Below are positions 29,045-38,353 of a stretch of 64,000 nucleotides of DNA, piece by piece. Location: positions 63,151 to 127,150 of the forward strand of contig JBHAEQ010000035.1 in NCBI GenBank assembly GCA_041855685.1. Reading direction: 5' to 3'. Position numbers and translations under genes: made by a program. The stretch comes from Prevotella sp. Its GTDB lineage: Bacteria > Bacteroidota > Bacteroidia > Bacteroidales > Bacteroidaceae. Below the pieces are notes generated by a model that worked only from the letters and a program-made list of their open reading frames with translations, was not told the origin of the DNA and made no database searches. Every line of letters starts with the position of its first letter. Position 1 is the stretch's first letter.

Positions 29045-30057
29045 TGCGCTTTTCAGTAGTCGTTCCTGTATTCAACCGTCCTGATGAAATTGACGAGTTG
29101 TTAGAGAGTTTGACAACGCAAACTTTCAAGGGCTTTGAGGTCATAATCGTAGAGGATGGGAGTCAAGTTCCTTGTAATGAGGTCTGTCTGAAATACAACG
29201 GCAAACTGGATATTAAATATTACGCAAAAGAAAACTCCGGACCTGGTCAGAGTCGCAACTATGGCGCTGAACGGGCTTCTGGAGATTTTTTGTTGATCCT
29301 TGACAGCGATGTTGTTCTGCCAGTAGGATATATGCAGGCTGTTGAAGATGAATTGCAGCGTAAGGACAGCGACGCCTTTGGTGGTCCTGACACTGCTCAC
29401 CCTATGTTCACACCTACTCAGAAAGCAATATCATATTCAATGACATCGTTCTTTACAACAGGTGGAATACGCGGAGGTAAGAAGAAACTGGATAAGTTCT
29501 ATCCCCGTTCCTTCAATATGGGAATACGTAGAGAAACCTATAAAGAACTTGGAGGATTCTCGGAAATGAGATTCGGTGAAGACATCGACTTCTCCATACG
29601 TATTTTCAAGGCAGGTTATAGATGCCGCTTGTTCCCGAAAGCATGGGTGTGGCACAAGCGCCGCACCGATTTCAGGAAGTTCTGGCGTCAGGTGTATAAC
29701 TCCGGCATAGCACGCATCAACCTGTATAAGAAATACCCTGAGAGTCTGAAGATTGTTCATCTTCTGCCTATGCTGTTCACTCTTGGAAGTGCAGCCTTGG
29801 TACTTGCGGCAATCATATTGCTTATTACCAACCCCGCTCTGGCAATAGTAGCAGTAAGTCCGCTCTTACTATATTCACTGATAATATTCATCGATTCTAC
29901 ACAGAAAAGTAAGAGTATGAAAGTAGGGATGTTGAGTATTCCAGCTTCCTTTGTTCAGCTTACAGGCTATGGCGCAGGATTCATAAATGCTTGGTGGAGG
30001 CGCTGTGTTATGAGTGACACTGAATTTTCTGCATTCGATAAAACTTTCTATAAATAA
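29044..30057 (+). CDS. GT2 family glycosyltransferase
   Basis: VVVPVFNRPDE, EDGS, LDSDV and GEDIDFS; C-terminal TM segments. Confidence 0.92.
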   Translation: MRFSVVVPVFNRPDEIDELLESLTTQTFKGFEVIIVEDGSQVPCNEVCLKYNGKLDIKYYAKENSGPGQSRNYGAERASGDFLLILDSDVVLPVGYMQAVEDELQRKDSDAFGGPDTAHPMFTPTQKAISYSMTSFFTTGGIRGGKKKLDKFYPRSFNMGIRRETYKELGGFSEMRFGEDIDFSIRIFKAGYRCRLFPKAWVWHKRRTDFRKFWRQVYNSGIARINLYKKYPESLKIVHLLPMLFTLGSAALVLAAIILLITNPALAIVAVSPLLLYSLIIFIDSTQKSKSMKVGMLSIPASFVQLTGYGAGFINAWWRRCVMSDTEFSAFDKTFYK

Positions 30058-30063
30058 CGTATT

Positions 30064-30750
30064 ATGGGTAAGCTCGCTATAACTCAATGGGCAGAAGAAG
30101 ACCGACCACGAGAGAAACTGCGTGACCTTGGTCCCGAAGCGCTTAGCAAAGCCGAGCTTTTGGCAATACTCATAGGGTCAGGTACTCCTAAGAAAAGTGC
30201 TGTGGCACTTATGCAGGAGATACTGCACGATTGTGGCGACAACCTCAATACACTCGGGAAGATGAGTCTGCACAATCTTATGCAGTATAACGGTATAGGC
30301 GAGGCAAAAGCCATAACCATTCTTGCCGCCTGTGAAGTGGGCAAGCGTCGGCAGCGAGAGAAAGTAGAGGAACGAGTCAACCTTAATTCAGCAGAGAATA
30401 TATATAATTACATGCACACATTCATGCAGGACCTTGATGTTGAGGAGGCATGGGTGTTGCTTATGAATCAAAATTTCAAACTCATAAAGAGTCAGAGATT
30501 GTCTCATGGAGGTATAAGTGAAACTGCTGTAGATGTTAGGCTGATACTTAAAGAGGCACTGCTCTGCAATGCCACAATATTAGCACTTTGCCACAACCAT
30601 CCCAGTGGTGGTACAACGCCAAGCAGGGAAGACGATAAGTTGACACAGCGGGTAAAGGCTGCCTGCGACACAATGAGAATTTATTTTCTCGACCATATAA
30701 TAGTGACCGATGGTAGTTTCTACAGTTATCGCGAAACAGGAAGATTATGA
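30064..30750 (+). CDS. radC: RadC / JAB-MPN domain protein
   Basis: DRPREKL, ELLAILIGSG, HNHPSG...PSRED and LDHIIV. Confidence 0.95.
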   Translation: MGKLAITQWAEEDRPREKLRDLGPEALSKAELLAILIGSGTPKKSAVALMQEILHDCGDNLNTLGKMSLHNLMQYNGIGEAKAITILAACEVGKRRQREKVEERVNLNSAENIYNYMHTFMQDLDVEEAWVLLMNQNFKLIKSQRLSHGGISETAVDVRLILKEALLCNATILALCHNHPSGGTTPSREDDKLTQRVKAACDTMRIYFLDHIIVTDGSFYSYRETGRL

Positions 30751-31067
30751 CAATAGAAGAAAAAATACATATAGAGACAAGGATTGTAGATGCCCTGAAG
30801 ACTGTCTATGACCCTGAAATCCCAGTTGATATATATAACCTCGGACTTATATATAAGGTAGATTTACAAGATGACGGCACACTGGATATTGACATGACGC
30901 TCACTGCCCCCGGCTGTCCTGCAGCCGACTTTATTATGGAAGACGTTAGGCAGCGGGTCAGCAATATTGAGGGTGTAGAAAGTGCAAACGTTAACCTTGT
31001 GTTCGAGCCTGAATGGGACAAATCAATGATGAGTGAAGAGGCACGAGTTGAATTGGGATTCGACTAA
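30747..31067 (+). CDS. DUF59/SufT-like Fe-S cluster assembly protein
   Basis: VYDPEIPVDIYNLGLIY, MTLTAPGCP and FEPEWDKSMM. Confidence 0.9.
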   Translation: MTIEEKIHIETRIVDALKTVYDPEIPVDIYNLGLIYKVDLQDDGTLDIDMTLTAPGCPAADFIMEDVRQRVSNIEGVESANVNLVFEPEWDKSMMSEEARVELGFD

Positions 31068-31134
31068 TTCTATAAGTAAAAGTGATTGAAATTACAAGAT
31101 AGATTAAATAGAAACCAGACAAATCAGAGAATAC

Positions 31135-31902
31135 ATGAAACCAGTATATTTTATATCTGATGCCCACTTAGGCTCATGGGCACTTGAGCATCGACGTACA
31201 CATGAGCGCCGATTAGTCCGATTCCTTGACGAAATAAAGAACAAGGCGGGTGCTGTATATATGCTTGGAGACATGTTTGATTTCTGGTACGAATGGAAAT
31301 ATGTTGTTCCAAAGGGTTACACACGCTTCCTCGGCAAGGTGTCGGAGCTTACCGACATGGGAGTAGAGGTGCATTTTTTTACCGGCAATCATGATATCTG
31401 GGCATTTCATTATCTGGAGAAGGAATGTGGAGTTATTATGCACTGCGAACCTCTGACAACAGAAATATACGGCAAGGAATTCAGGCTTGCGCATGGCGAT
31501 GGTCTTGGCGATCCTGACAAGAAGTTCAAACTTATAAGGAGCATCTTCCATAATAAAATATGCCAATGGTTGTTCTCTGTATTTATTCACCCTAACATGG
31601 CTCTTAAACTTGGCATGTCGTGGGCGAAACACAGCAGATTGAAGCGCTCTGGAGGTATGGAACCGCCTTATCAAGGTGAAGATAAAGAACACCTTGTTTT
31701 ATATACAAAGGAATATATGAAGTCGCACCCCGACGTAGATTTCTATATCTATGGTCACCGCCATATTGAACTCGACCTTATGCTCACCTCGTCTATACGT
31801 ATGATGATTATAGGCGACTGGATTTCACATTTCACATATGCAGTGTGGGACGGAGAACACATGTTCCTCGAAAACTATGTAGAAGGCGAGACCCAGCCTT
31901 AG
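31135..31902 (+). CDS. lpxH: UDP-2,3-diacylglucosamine diphosphatase
   Basis: Calcineurin-like motifs ISDAHLG, LGDMFD, TGNHD, HGDGL and YGHRH. Confidence 0.88.
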   Translation: MKPVYFISDAHLGSWALEHRRTHERRLVRFLDEIKNKAGAVYMLGDMFDFWYEWKYVVPKGYTRFLGKVSELTDMGVEVHFFTGNHDIWAFHYLEKECGVIMHCEPLTTEIYGKEFRLAHGDGLGDPDKKFKLIRSIFHNKICQWLFSVFIHPNMALKLGMSWAKHSRLKRSGGMEPPYQGEDKEHLVLYTKEYMKSHPDVDFYIYGHRHIELDLMLTSSIRMMIIGDWISHFTYAVWDGEHMFLENYVEGETQP

Positions 31903-31923
31903 AGAATGCCGTAGGCAAAGGTC

Positions 31924-33231
31924 CTACAGCAAATCAGTAAGGAGGTTGAGTTTTATACCGTTACTTCCCTTTATAAGAATATAGTGGTTGTGCGGCTTTG
32001 CTTCATGCAAGGCAGTCTTAACCTCTTCTACATCGTGAAACTTGCGGAATGCGCATTCTGTCTTCCCAAATTCCTCACCAACAAGCCACACTTCCTTAAA
32101 ACCTGCATAGGCAAGAATGTCGGCAATCTTCTGATGTTCTGCCTCCGATGAGATGCCAAGCTCACGCATATCGCCAAGAATTGCTAACTTAGGTTCATCT
32201 ACTGCCATGAGTCTGAAGTTCTCTATGGCAGCTGCCATACTTGTAGGATTTGCATTGTAAGCATCGACTATCAGTTTGTTCTGTGCTGTAACAGTAAGCT
32301 GTGAACGATTGTTGCTTGGCTGATACTCTTCCAATGCAGTCTGAATATCATCATCGCTTACACCGAAGTATCTGCCCACGGTAACCGCTGCCAGAATGTT
32401 AGCCAAGTTATAAGTGCCTATAAGATGTGTGCGTATATTACGTTTTCCCTCTAATTCCACAACGAGGAAAGGGTTGCAACCTGCCACTCTGCCGTTAACA
32501 TAAGGCAGGGTTCTTACTTTCCTCTCCTCTGCCATCTGGCAAAGGTCAGTGTCCTTTGTGTTTAGGAATACAAACGCATTGGTTGTTTCTTTCTCTTGGC
32601 TTTTTGCTGTTGCCATATAGTCGTATAGCTCGCCCTTAGTGGCTTTAACTCCTTTAAAACTCCCGAATCCCTGTAAATGCGCTCTGCCCACATTGGTAAT
32701 AAGTCCGCATGTAGGTTCTACTGTTTCAACAAGAGTCTTTATGTCGCCAGGATGGCTTGCACCCATTTCCACTACGGCAATGTCGTGTTCGGGTGTCATT
32801 CTGAACAAAGTCTTAGGCACACCCACATCATTATTGAAATTGCCCAAGGTGAAAAGCACATTATATTTCTTTCCTAACACAGCGGCAATAAGTTCCTTGC
32901 TTGTAGTCTTGCCGTTAGTGCCGGTTATGCCTATTACTGGTATATTGAACTGTCGGCGGTGTTCACGTGAAAGGTCCTTGAATGTTTGCAGAACGTCGTC
33001 AACAAACAGTAGTCTTCCGTCATCGGCACTGCCTCCTGTCAATGCAACAGCCTGCTTGTCGTCAACCACAGCGTATGCACACCCTTTCTCAAGTGCACTT
33101 ACAGCAAACTTATTACCGTCGAACGATTCCCCTTTAAGTGCAAAGAATATAGAACCCTCAGGGCAGTCGCGGCTGTCGGTTGTAATTACAGGATGCTGTT
33201 TATACAGCTCATACAGTTTCTTAATATCCAT
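31924..33231 (-). CDS. murF: UDP-MurNAc-tripeptide--D-Ala-D-Ala ligase
   Basis: TDSR, GITGTNGKTT, GNFNNDVG, EMGASH, DAYNANP and KGSNG; real start MDIKK at 33231 with a TAATTTTG box at 33257-33250. Confidence 0.96.
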   Translation of the reverse strand: MDIKKLYELYKQHPVITTDSRDCPEGSIFFALKGESFDGNKFAVSALEKGCAYAVVDDKQAVALTGGSADDGRLLFVDDVLQTFKDLSREHRRQFNIPVIGITGTNGKTTSKELIAAVLGKKYNVLFTLGNFNNDVGVPKTLFRMTPEHDIAVVEMGASHPGDIKTLVETVEPTCGLITNVGRAHLQGFGSFKGVKATKGELYDYMATAKSQEKETTNAFVFLNTKDTDLCQMAEERKVRTLPYVNGRVAGCNPFLVVELEGKRNIRTHLIGTYNLANILAAVTVGRYFGVSDDDIQTALEEYQPSNNRSQLTVTAQNKLIVDAYNANPTSMAAAIENFRLMAVDEPKLAILGDMRELGISSEAEHQKIADILAYAGFKEVWLVGEEFGKTECAFRKFHDVEEVKTALHEAKPHNHYILIKGSNGIKLNLLTDLL

Positions 33232-33318
33232 ACAATCAGTTTTATGGCACAAAATTACTGCAAATGCACGAGAAAGCCAAACTATTAAATGCAAAACTTT
33301 CGTAAGCTCAATATTAAT

Positions 33319-33355
33319 GAGGGTGTGCCAAAGGTTTAACTTTTGACACACCCTC
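33319..33355. repeat. Palindromic REP-like/terminator element GAGGGTGTGCCAAA...TTTTGACACACCCTC
   Basis: Near-perfect inverted repeat; a degenerate copy lies at 12732-12757. Confidence 0.75.
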
Positions 33356-33405
33356 TCTTAAACTCTTAATTTAGTTTCCCAATTAGTTGCCTGTTAGCAA
33401 TCATG

Positions 33406-34122
33406 CTATTGATAAATCAAAGTTGGACTGAAGACAAAGGAACCGTCCTTGACAAATATATTACTAAGTTCCATCGACTTGGAGTGGTATTTCAGTACGA
33501 GAATTCCATCTTCGTTTGGCGCCCAATAGGTGTCATTGCCACTGGCATATACCACACCGTTGAAATTGAAACCACCTATACCGTCGAGATGGATGGCATA
33601 GCGCTGCATTAATTCGGAATATTGAATGCTTAGTGTGCCTTCCACCGTGAAGTCTGCATCGAAATGTTTTAAATCAGTCCAAGCAACCTGTGGGATTTGA
33701 CCCAAAGGCTTGCCGGCATAAACCCAGAGATTGTATGCATACCATCCATCGAAAGCCTCTGCTTCTGTGACGAAGTCATCGCCGGAGGAGGTTGCCTTCA
33801 GTTTGAATTTACCAGTGCCCATTCCTGTTCGGGTGTTGACATTGCCCGTCATTTCGAGTCCCTTGTGATTCATTGAGAAATTACCTTCGGCATCGAGGCT
33901 CAGTGTGCGGTTTTCAAAGGCGTCGATGGTGGCATAGCAGCGCTTGTTTGTAGGGAAGCGTATTTCCACCACACCTTTCAGATCGTGAATACCCTCGAGA
34001 TCGAAGTCATAAGTCTCCATGTTGCTCACGCTGTCTTCAAGGTCTTACGGAGGCGTGGCGTTGTCTATGCGGTTCACGGTGAGCGTTTTTTGTCCATCAA
34101 TGGCACTGAGACCGAACTTGCC
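33406..34122 (-). pseudogene. 5'-truncated gene fragment with an internal stop
   Basis: The frame of the 207-aa ORF continues upstream past TAA (34045-34047) as GKFGLSAIDGQKTLTVNRIDNATPP to another stop at 34123-34125; no start or signal peptide. Confidence 0.45.
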
Positions 34123-34194
34123 TTATTCCTATTTGTACTTGTTGTTATAATCAGTGAATCCTCTATATTAATATGCCGAAATAGGCTTTCGGGT

Positions 34195-34306
34195 CATGTT
34201 TCTCAATTAAGGTGCACATGTTTCCCAATTGCGGTGCATGTGTTTCCCAATTGAGGCGCATGTGTTTCTCAATTGCGACGCATGTGTTTCCCAATTGGGA
34301 AACATG
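34195..34306. repeat. About five tandem 22-bp repeats ending in a perfect 20-bp palindrome
   Basis: Unit about catgtgtttcccaattgcggtg; last unit extends to TGTTTCCCAATTGGGAAACA. Confidence 0.92.
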
Positions 34307-34412
34307 ATAGGACTAATTGTTTATGGAAATTAAAGTCGTGCTTTGACAGATGTTTATGATAAGGTTCCGCAGATGATATAGATGATATTCGTTGATGCAA
34401 GTGCCTGAAAAT

Positions 34413-34450
34413 GAATTAGGGAGCAACTCTGCTTGAGCGCTCCCTAATTC
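34413..34450. terminator. Hairpin closing the small-ORF transcript
   Basis: GAATTAGGGAGC...GCTCCCTAATTC perfect 12-bp stem. Confidence 0.8.
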
Positions 34451-34644
34451 TTGTGTTATCCTTTTAATAATACCTCAATTATCTGTTTGAATGTATTTTA
34501 TAATATGTGCAACGTGTTGAAACGTTGTTTTAAATTTAATTTAAGACCTTCTTGAGACTGTTTATTTTGTGCTTGTTCTCAATGTAAGGTCGTTGCTACT
34601 AACTTTATGAACACTCATTCCTGCCATGGGAATAGAGTAGTTAC

Positions 34645-34731
34645 TTATGCCTTGCAGTTAAGCATCAGCTGGATTATATCTGAATCCAGACGGCGGTTAG
34701 CTTTCTTGATAATGTTTACAATCTTCTTCAT
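34645..34731 (-). CDS. Small ORF 2 (28 aa) MKKIVNIIKKANRRLDSDIIQLMLNCKA
   Basis: ATG after an A/T-rich Bacteroidetes-type leader (aagttaattATG); MKKI start shared with small ORF 1. Confidence 0.55.
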   Translation of the reverse strand: MKKIVNIIKKANRRLDSDIIQLMLNCKA

Positions 34732-34822
34732 AATTAACTTTCTTTCTAATTTAAACAATAGGCTCTTTTGTTGTGTGTTATCCTGTTTTTTTTAGAGCCG
34801 TTCTCTTTTTTTTAACTCCGCT

Positions 34823-34903
34823 TTATTTCAATGGAATCATGCCTGTAGGCAGAAACGCATTTGAGTTGAAAGCCTTTTTAAGAGTACTCTTAATCTTTTT
34901 CAT
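34823..34903 (-). CDS. Small ORF 1 (26 aa) MKKIKSTLKKAFNSNAFLPTGMIPLK
   Basis: First ATG downstream of a consensus promoter; A/T-rich leader (tactattATG); lysine-rich amphipathic N-terminus. Confidence 0.62.
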   Translation of the reverse strand: MKKIKSTLKKAFNSNAFLPTGMIPLK

Positions 34904-35008
34904 AATAGTACAAATATTTCAATTTAACATGTGCCCCATGTGTGTGTTGTTATCCTGTTCGTGTTTCATGGAGGGGCGTTAACCATGCTTGGAACTCATT
35001 TCCGAGTG

Positions 35009-35202
35009 CAAAATTACTATGATTTCAATGATTGGCATAATATTTCTACTACTTTTGGCTTTATCAGCTTGTTTCATTGATAAATATCCAAAAAAGCGTG
35101 TTATTAATTCTTTAATGACTAATATCAACAGGGTTAAAACCTTGTAATGTCAAAAACATGCTGTTGATTTCTTGTTGTTTACATAAACATTTTGTAATTT
35201 TG
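35009..35202. promoter_or_regulatory. Divergent promoters: minus TAATTTTG (35016-35009) for the small ORFs, plus TAATTTTG (35195-35202) for the 35240 operon
   Basis: Two exact -7 consensus boxes. Confidence 0.7.
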
Positions 35203-35239
35203 CCGTGATTAAAAACTTATTGTGATTAGAATATTTATT

Positions 35240-35434
35240 ATGAGTAATAACTTTCCTCCTGTAAGCAGTGGTTTCAAAATAGGTGCTGTCTTAGGTATTA
35301 TTATCGGTGCAGCGGCAGGCTTTCTTACCGACAGGTTCAATGTGTTCATGCCATTAGGTATATGTGTTGGACTATGCTTGGGACTTGTATTCGATGAAAT
35401 TAAGAATAGAAAAGAGAATAATGATGAAGAATAA
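35240..35434 (+). CDS. Small glycine-zipper membrane protein
   Basis: GAVLGIIIGAAAG and GICVGLCLG GxxxG repeats; probable start ATG 35240. Confidence 0.65.
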   Translation: MSNNFPPVSSGFKIGAVLGIIIGAAAGFLTDRFNVFMPLGICVGLCLGLVFDEIKNRKENNDEE

Positions 35435-36335
35435 CTTTCTTTTGGCGGCTTTGCTGCTTGTTGTTGGCATAGGCTCTGTCAATGCTCAATTGTTGTATAA
35501 GATTTCAGGCAATAAACTCGAAAAGCCTTCTTATATAATAGGTACTTATCATGTGGCAAATGCCAAATTCATAGATTCTATAGCAGGAGCTTCTGAAGTG
35601 CTTAAGAATGTAGAGCAGGTTTATGGTGAGGTTCTTGCTGGCGAAATGACTAATCCTGCCAATATGCAGCTCATTCAGGACGCAATGATGCTTCCTGATG
35701 GTAAGACTCTGAAGGATGTATTGACAGAAGAACAGTATGGCAGGCTTAACAAGTATCTGATGAAAACAATGAATGCCGACCTCAGCAATCCTATGGTGGC
35801 ACAGAGTTTTGGCAGAATGACTCCGGCAGCATTGTGTATGCAGTTGACTGTGATTGCGGCTATTAATAAAGAAGGTGCGGCATTCGACCCTGCTAATATC
35901 ATCGACATGTTTTTACAAAAGTATGCTGTTGATAATAATAAACCGGTAGGAGCTTTTGAAACCTTGGAGTTTCAGCTGAACACTGTATATAAAGGTGCGA
36001 CTCTGGAGCGTAGTATAGAAACTCTTATGTGCTTAGTTGATAATCCAGACTTCTACGACCTTACACTCACCGAAATTCGTGATGCTTATTACAAGCAGGA
36101 CTTGAAGGCTTTACAAGACCTTAGTGACATGAAGCTTAACACCAGTTGCGACCCTTCTGATGCGGAAAAGGATGCACTCATATATAATCGTAATGCCGAC
36201 TGGCTTACCAAAATGCCTGCTATAATGTCTAAGTTGTCAACACTCTTTGCCGTTGGTGCCGGTCATCTGACAGGTGAACGTGGAGTTATTGAAGGGTTGA
36301 AGAAGGCAGGCTATACAATAGAGGCAGTAAAATAA
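35421..36335 (+). CDS. TraB/GumN (Tiki-like) family protein
   Basis: Signal peptide, LLYKISG, SYIIGTYH, FETLEFQ, RNADW and FAVGAGHL. Confidence 0.9.
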   Translation: MMKNNFLLAALLLVVGIGSVNAQLLYKISGNKLEKPSYIIGTYHVANAKFIDSIAGASEVLKNVEQVYGEVLAGEMTNPANMQLIQDAMMLPDGKTLKDVLTEEQYGRLNKYLMKTMNADLSNPMVAQSFGRMTPAALCMQLTVIAAINKEGAAFDPANIIDMFLQKYAVDNNKPVGAFETLEFQLNTVYKGATLERSIETLMCLVDNPDFYDLTLTEIRDAYYKQDLKALQDLSDMKLNTSCDPSDAEKDALIYNRNADWLTKMPAIMSKLSTLFAVGAGHLTGERGVIEGLKKAGYTIEAVK

Positions 36336-36342
36336 GAAAGCT

Positions 36343-36714
36343 ATGGGGTGCCTTGGTAACATAATCTGGTTGATATTCGGAGGGTTGGAAACAGCTCTTA
36401 TGTATTTTGCCTATGGTGTGGTATTGTGTTGTACAATAATAGGTATTCCTTGGGGCATACAGCTCATAAAACTTGGTTTATTGTGCTTATGGCCCTTTGG
36501 AACTCGTGCAACAGAAGGTTCTGATGCCGGTGGGTGTTTAGATTTGTTCTTCAGTGTAATATTCTTGCTGTGTGGAGGAATATTCATTTTCCTTACTCAT
36601 TTATTATCAGGCATATTGCTTTATATAACAATCGTTGGGATACCTTGGGGACACATGCATTTTCGCCTTGCCCGTTTAGCATTATGTCCTTTTGGTAAAG
36701 AACTTACTAGATAG
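36343..36714 (+). CDS. yccF: YccF-domain inner membrane protein
   Basis: GNIIWLIFGG, CTIIGIPWG, LWPFG repeated twice. Confidence 0.9.
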   Translation: MGCLGNIIWLIFGGLETALMYFAYGVVLCCTIIGIPWGIQLIKLGLLCLWPFGTRATEGSDAGGCLDLFFSVIFLLCGGIFIFLTHLLSGILLYITIVGIPWGHMHFRLARLALCPFGKELTR

Positions 36715-36765
36715 GCAGTGCTTGGGTATTATCATGGATTAGTATAAACAGAAGAAAAGTGACTT

Positions 36766-37197
36766 ATGGAAGAAAAAGTATGTATTGCCATGCTTGAGGA
36801 GCATGGCATTCGCCCTACAGCAAACCGCATTCTTATGCTCAAGACCTTGGCGGCAGAGGGAAGTCCCATGTCGATGAAGGAGCTTGAGTATAAGATTCTC
36901 ACTATCGACAAGTCAAATGTGTTTCGTTCGTTGATGCTTTTCAAGGAACGGCATTTAGTGCATGTGATAGAAGACGGTAATGGAGGGGTGAAATATGAAC
37001 TATGCTTCAGTCATGATGATGAGGAGGATGACGATGAGCATTTACACTTTTTCTGTGAACAATGTCACCGCACAATATGTATGCACGACACACCTCTGCC
37101 TCAAGTACATGCACCTGAAGGTTACGAACTGCGCAGTGCGAGTTTTCTGCTTAAAGGCATTTGCCCTGAATGCCTGCGACATAATGGCAAACGTTGA
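36766..37197 (+). CDS. Fur-family metalloregulator
   Basis: GIRPTANR, DKSNVFRSL, HLHFFCEQC and GICPEC (two CxxC motifs). Confidence 0.9.
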   Translation: MEEKVCIAMLEEHGIRPTANRILMLKTLAAEGSPMSMKELEYKILTIDKSNVFRSLMLFKERHLVHVIEDGNGGVKYELCFSHDDEEDDDEHLHFFCEQCHRTICMHDTPLPQVHAPEGYELRSASFLLKGICPECLRHNGKR

Positions 37198-37209
37198 AAT
37201 GGAATGTGC

Positions 37210-37797
37210 CTATAGGTCAATGCCGTAGCCTATGGTAAACATTATGCTGTGTTGATTTGCTGCTGGCGCATTATCTTTATAAACAGGAGTCAAACCATAG
37301 TTATATCGTAAGTCAAGTTCAAAGTTTCTGAAGTTATAGGAAATACCGGCAGGTATAGACAGAATAAACCTGTTAAGTATTTTATCGAAAGATTTTGAAA
37401 TGCGGATTGCAGGCTGTAAGCCGAGTTTGAAGTTCAAGCCAATATTACTTGTAGCAATAAGCATAACAGGTATGTTTATGTTGTCTGTATTGATGTTAAA
37501 TACGCCGAGATCATCAATAGGTTCAAATTTTGTTCCCATGCGGCTGTATAGCAATCCTCCGCTGAGAGCTATGACGTTGGAAATCTGATGCTGTAGTTCC
37601 GCACCTACAGTAAAACCTGTTTTGAATTTAGCATTTACATAATCGGCAGGTTGAATATCTGTATAAATCTTGTCGCTGCTATATTTTGAAAGAGAAATAC
37701 CGATACGTGGGTAGATAGTTGTAGTGCCGGCTGGTTTCTGTGCATGAATTGTTGTACAAATGAGAATAAGGATGATTATTACCAAAAACTTCTTCAT
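37210..37797 (-). CDS. Outer-membrane beta-barrel (porin family) protein
   Basis: Signal peptide, alternating strands, LDLRYNYGL, terminal GYGIDL. Confidence 0.8.
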   Translation of the reverse strand: MKKFLVIIILILICTTIHAQKPAGTTTIYPRIGISLSKYSSDKIYTDIQPADYVNAKFKTGFTVGAELQHQISNVIALSGGLLYSRMGTKFEPIDDLGVFNINTDNINIPVMLIATSNIGLNFKLGLQPAIRISKSFDKILNRFILSIPAGISYNFRNFELDLRYNYGLTPVYKDNAPAANQHSIMFTIGYGIDL

Positions 37798-37935
37798 AAT
37801 TGTATTGTTGTTTGTAAACGTTATTACTTAATAAACGTTGCAGTACTTTATTTATTGTCTATTATGTTATTTCCCGCATGAAATACCTTATTATAGGTAT
37901 TGTATAATTTCTGAATAATACATATCTTTGCAACT

Positions 37936-38050
37936 GCTTTTTAAGAAACACAAAGCTTATAAGGGAACAAGGAATGGTGACGTAGTGTTACGGAAACATT
38001 TCGCACGCAAAGCGCATTGCTCCATAAACGGGGTAATGCGCTTACGCTTG
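37936..38050 (+). ncRNA. Candidate small RNA or attenuated leader
   Basis: TATCTTTG box at 37923-37930, then about 110 nt ending in the hairpin AAGCGCATTGCTCC/GGGGTAATGCGCTT (38010-38043); only a 3-codon ORF inside. Confidence 0.35.
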
Positions 38051-38291
38051 GTTATTTTGTAGTTGTGCAAACGGTATAGCTGAAATATTTAGAAATAATC
38101 TTGAATGTTTATTGGATTTATTGTTTTTTTGCGTACTTTGTGTCTGATTCGTAGTGTCAATATAGCATGCGGCTAATTTTAACATCTACTTATATAGTGT
38201 ATTGTGTTATGTATGTTTTATTCTTATGATACAACTTAATTATTATTTTAGTATATTTATTTTAATGTTTTGTAGAAAAAAACATAGTAAG

Positions 38292-38319
38292 ACTAAGGGG
38301 TTTATTTCTTTTTTGCGAC
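38292..38319 (+). promoter_or_regulatory. Putative ECF-sigma promoter copy 1 (ACTAAGGG-N16-CGAC)
   Basis: Same motif and spacing as at 38919-38946. Confidence 0.55.
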
Positions 38320-38353
38320 TCGTAGAGCAAAGAACTATACAAAGAGTTGTGCT

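Noticed and set aside
32639-33346. 235-aa ORF on the plus strand
   Set aside because: Antisense shadow of murF with no recognisable motifs.
34195-34306. CRISPR array
   Set aside because: Units are contiguous with no unique spacers and no cas genes; kept as a tandem repeat.
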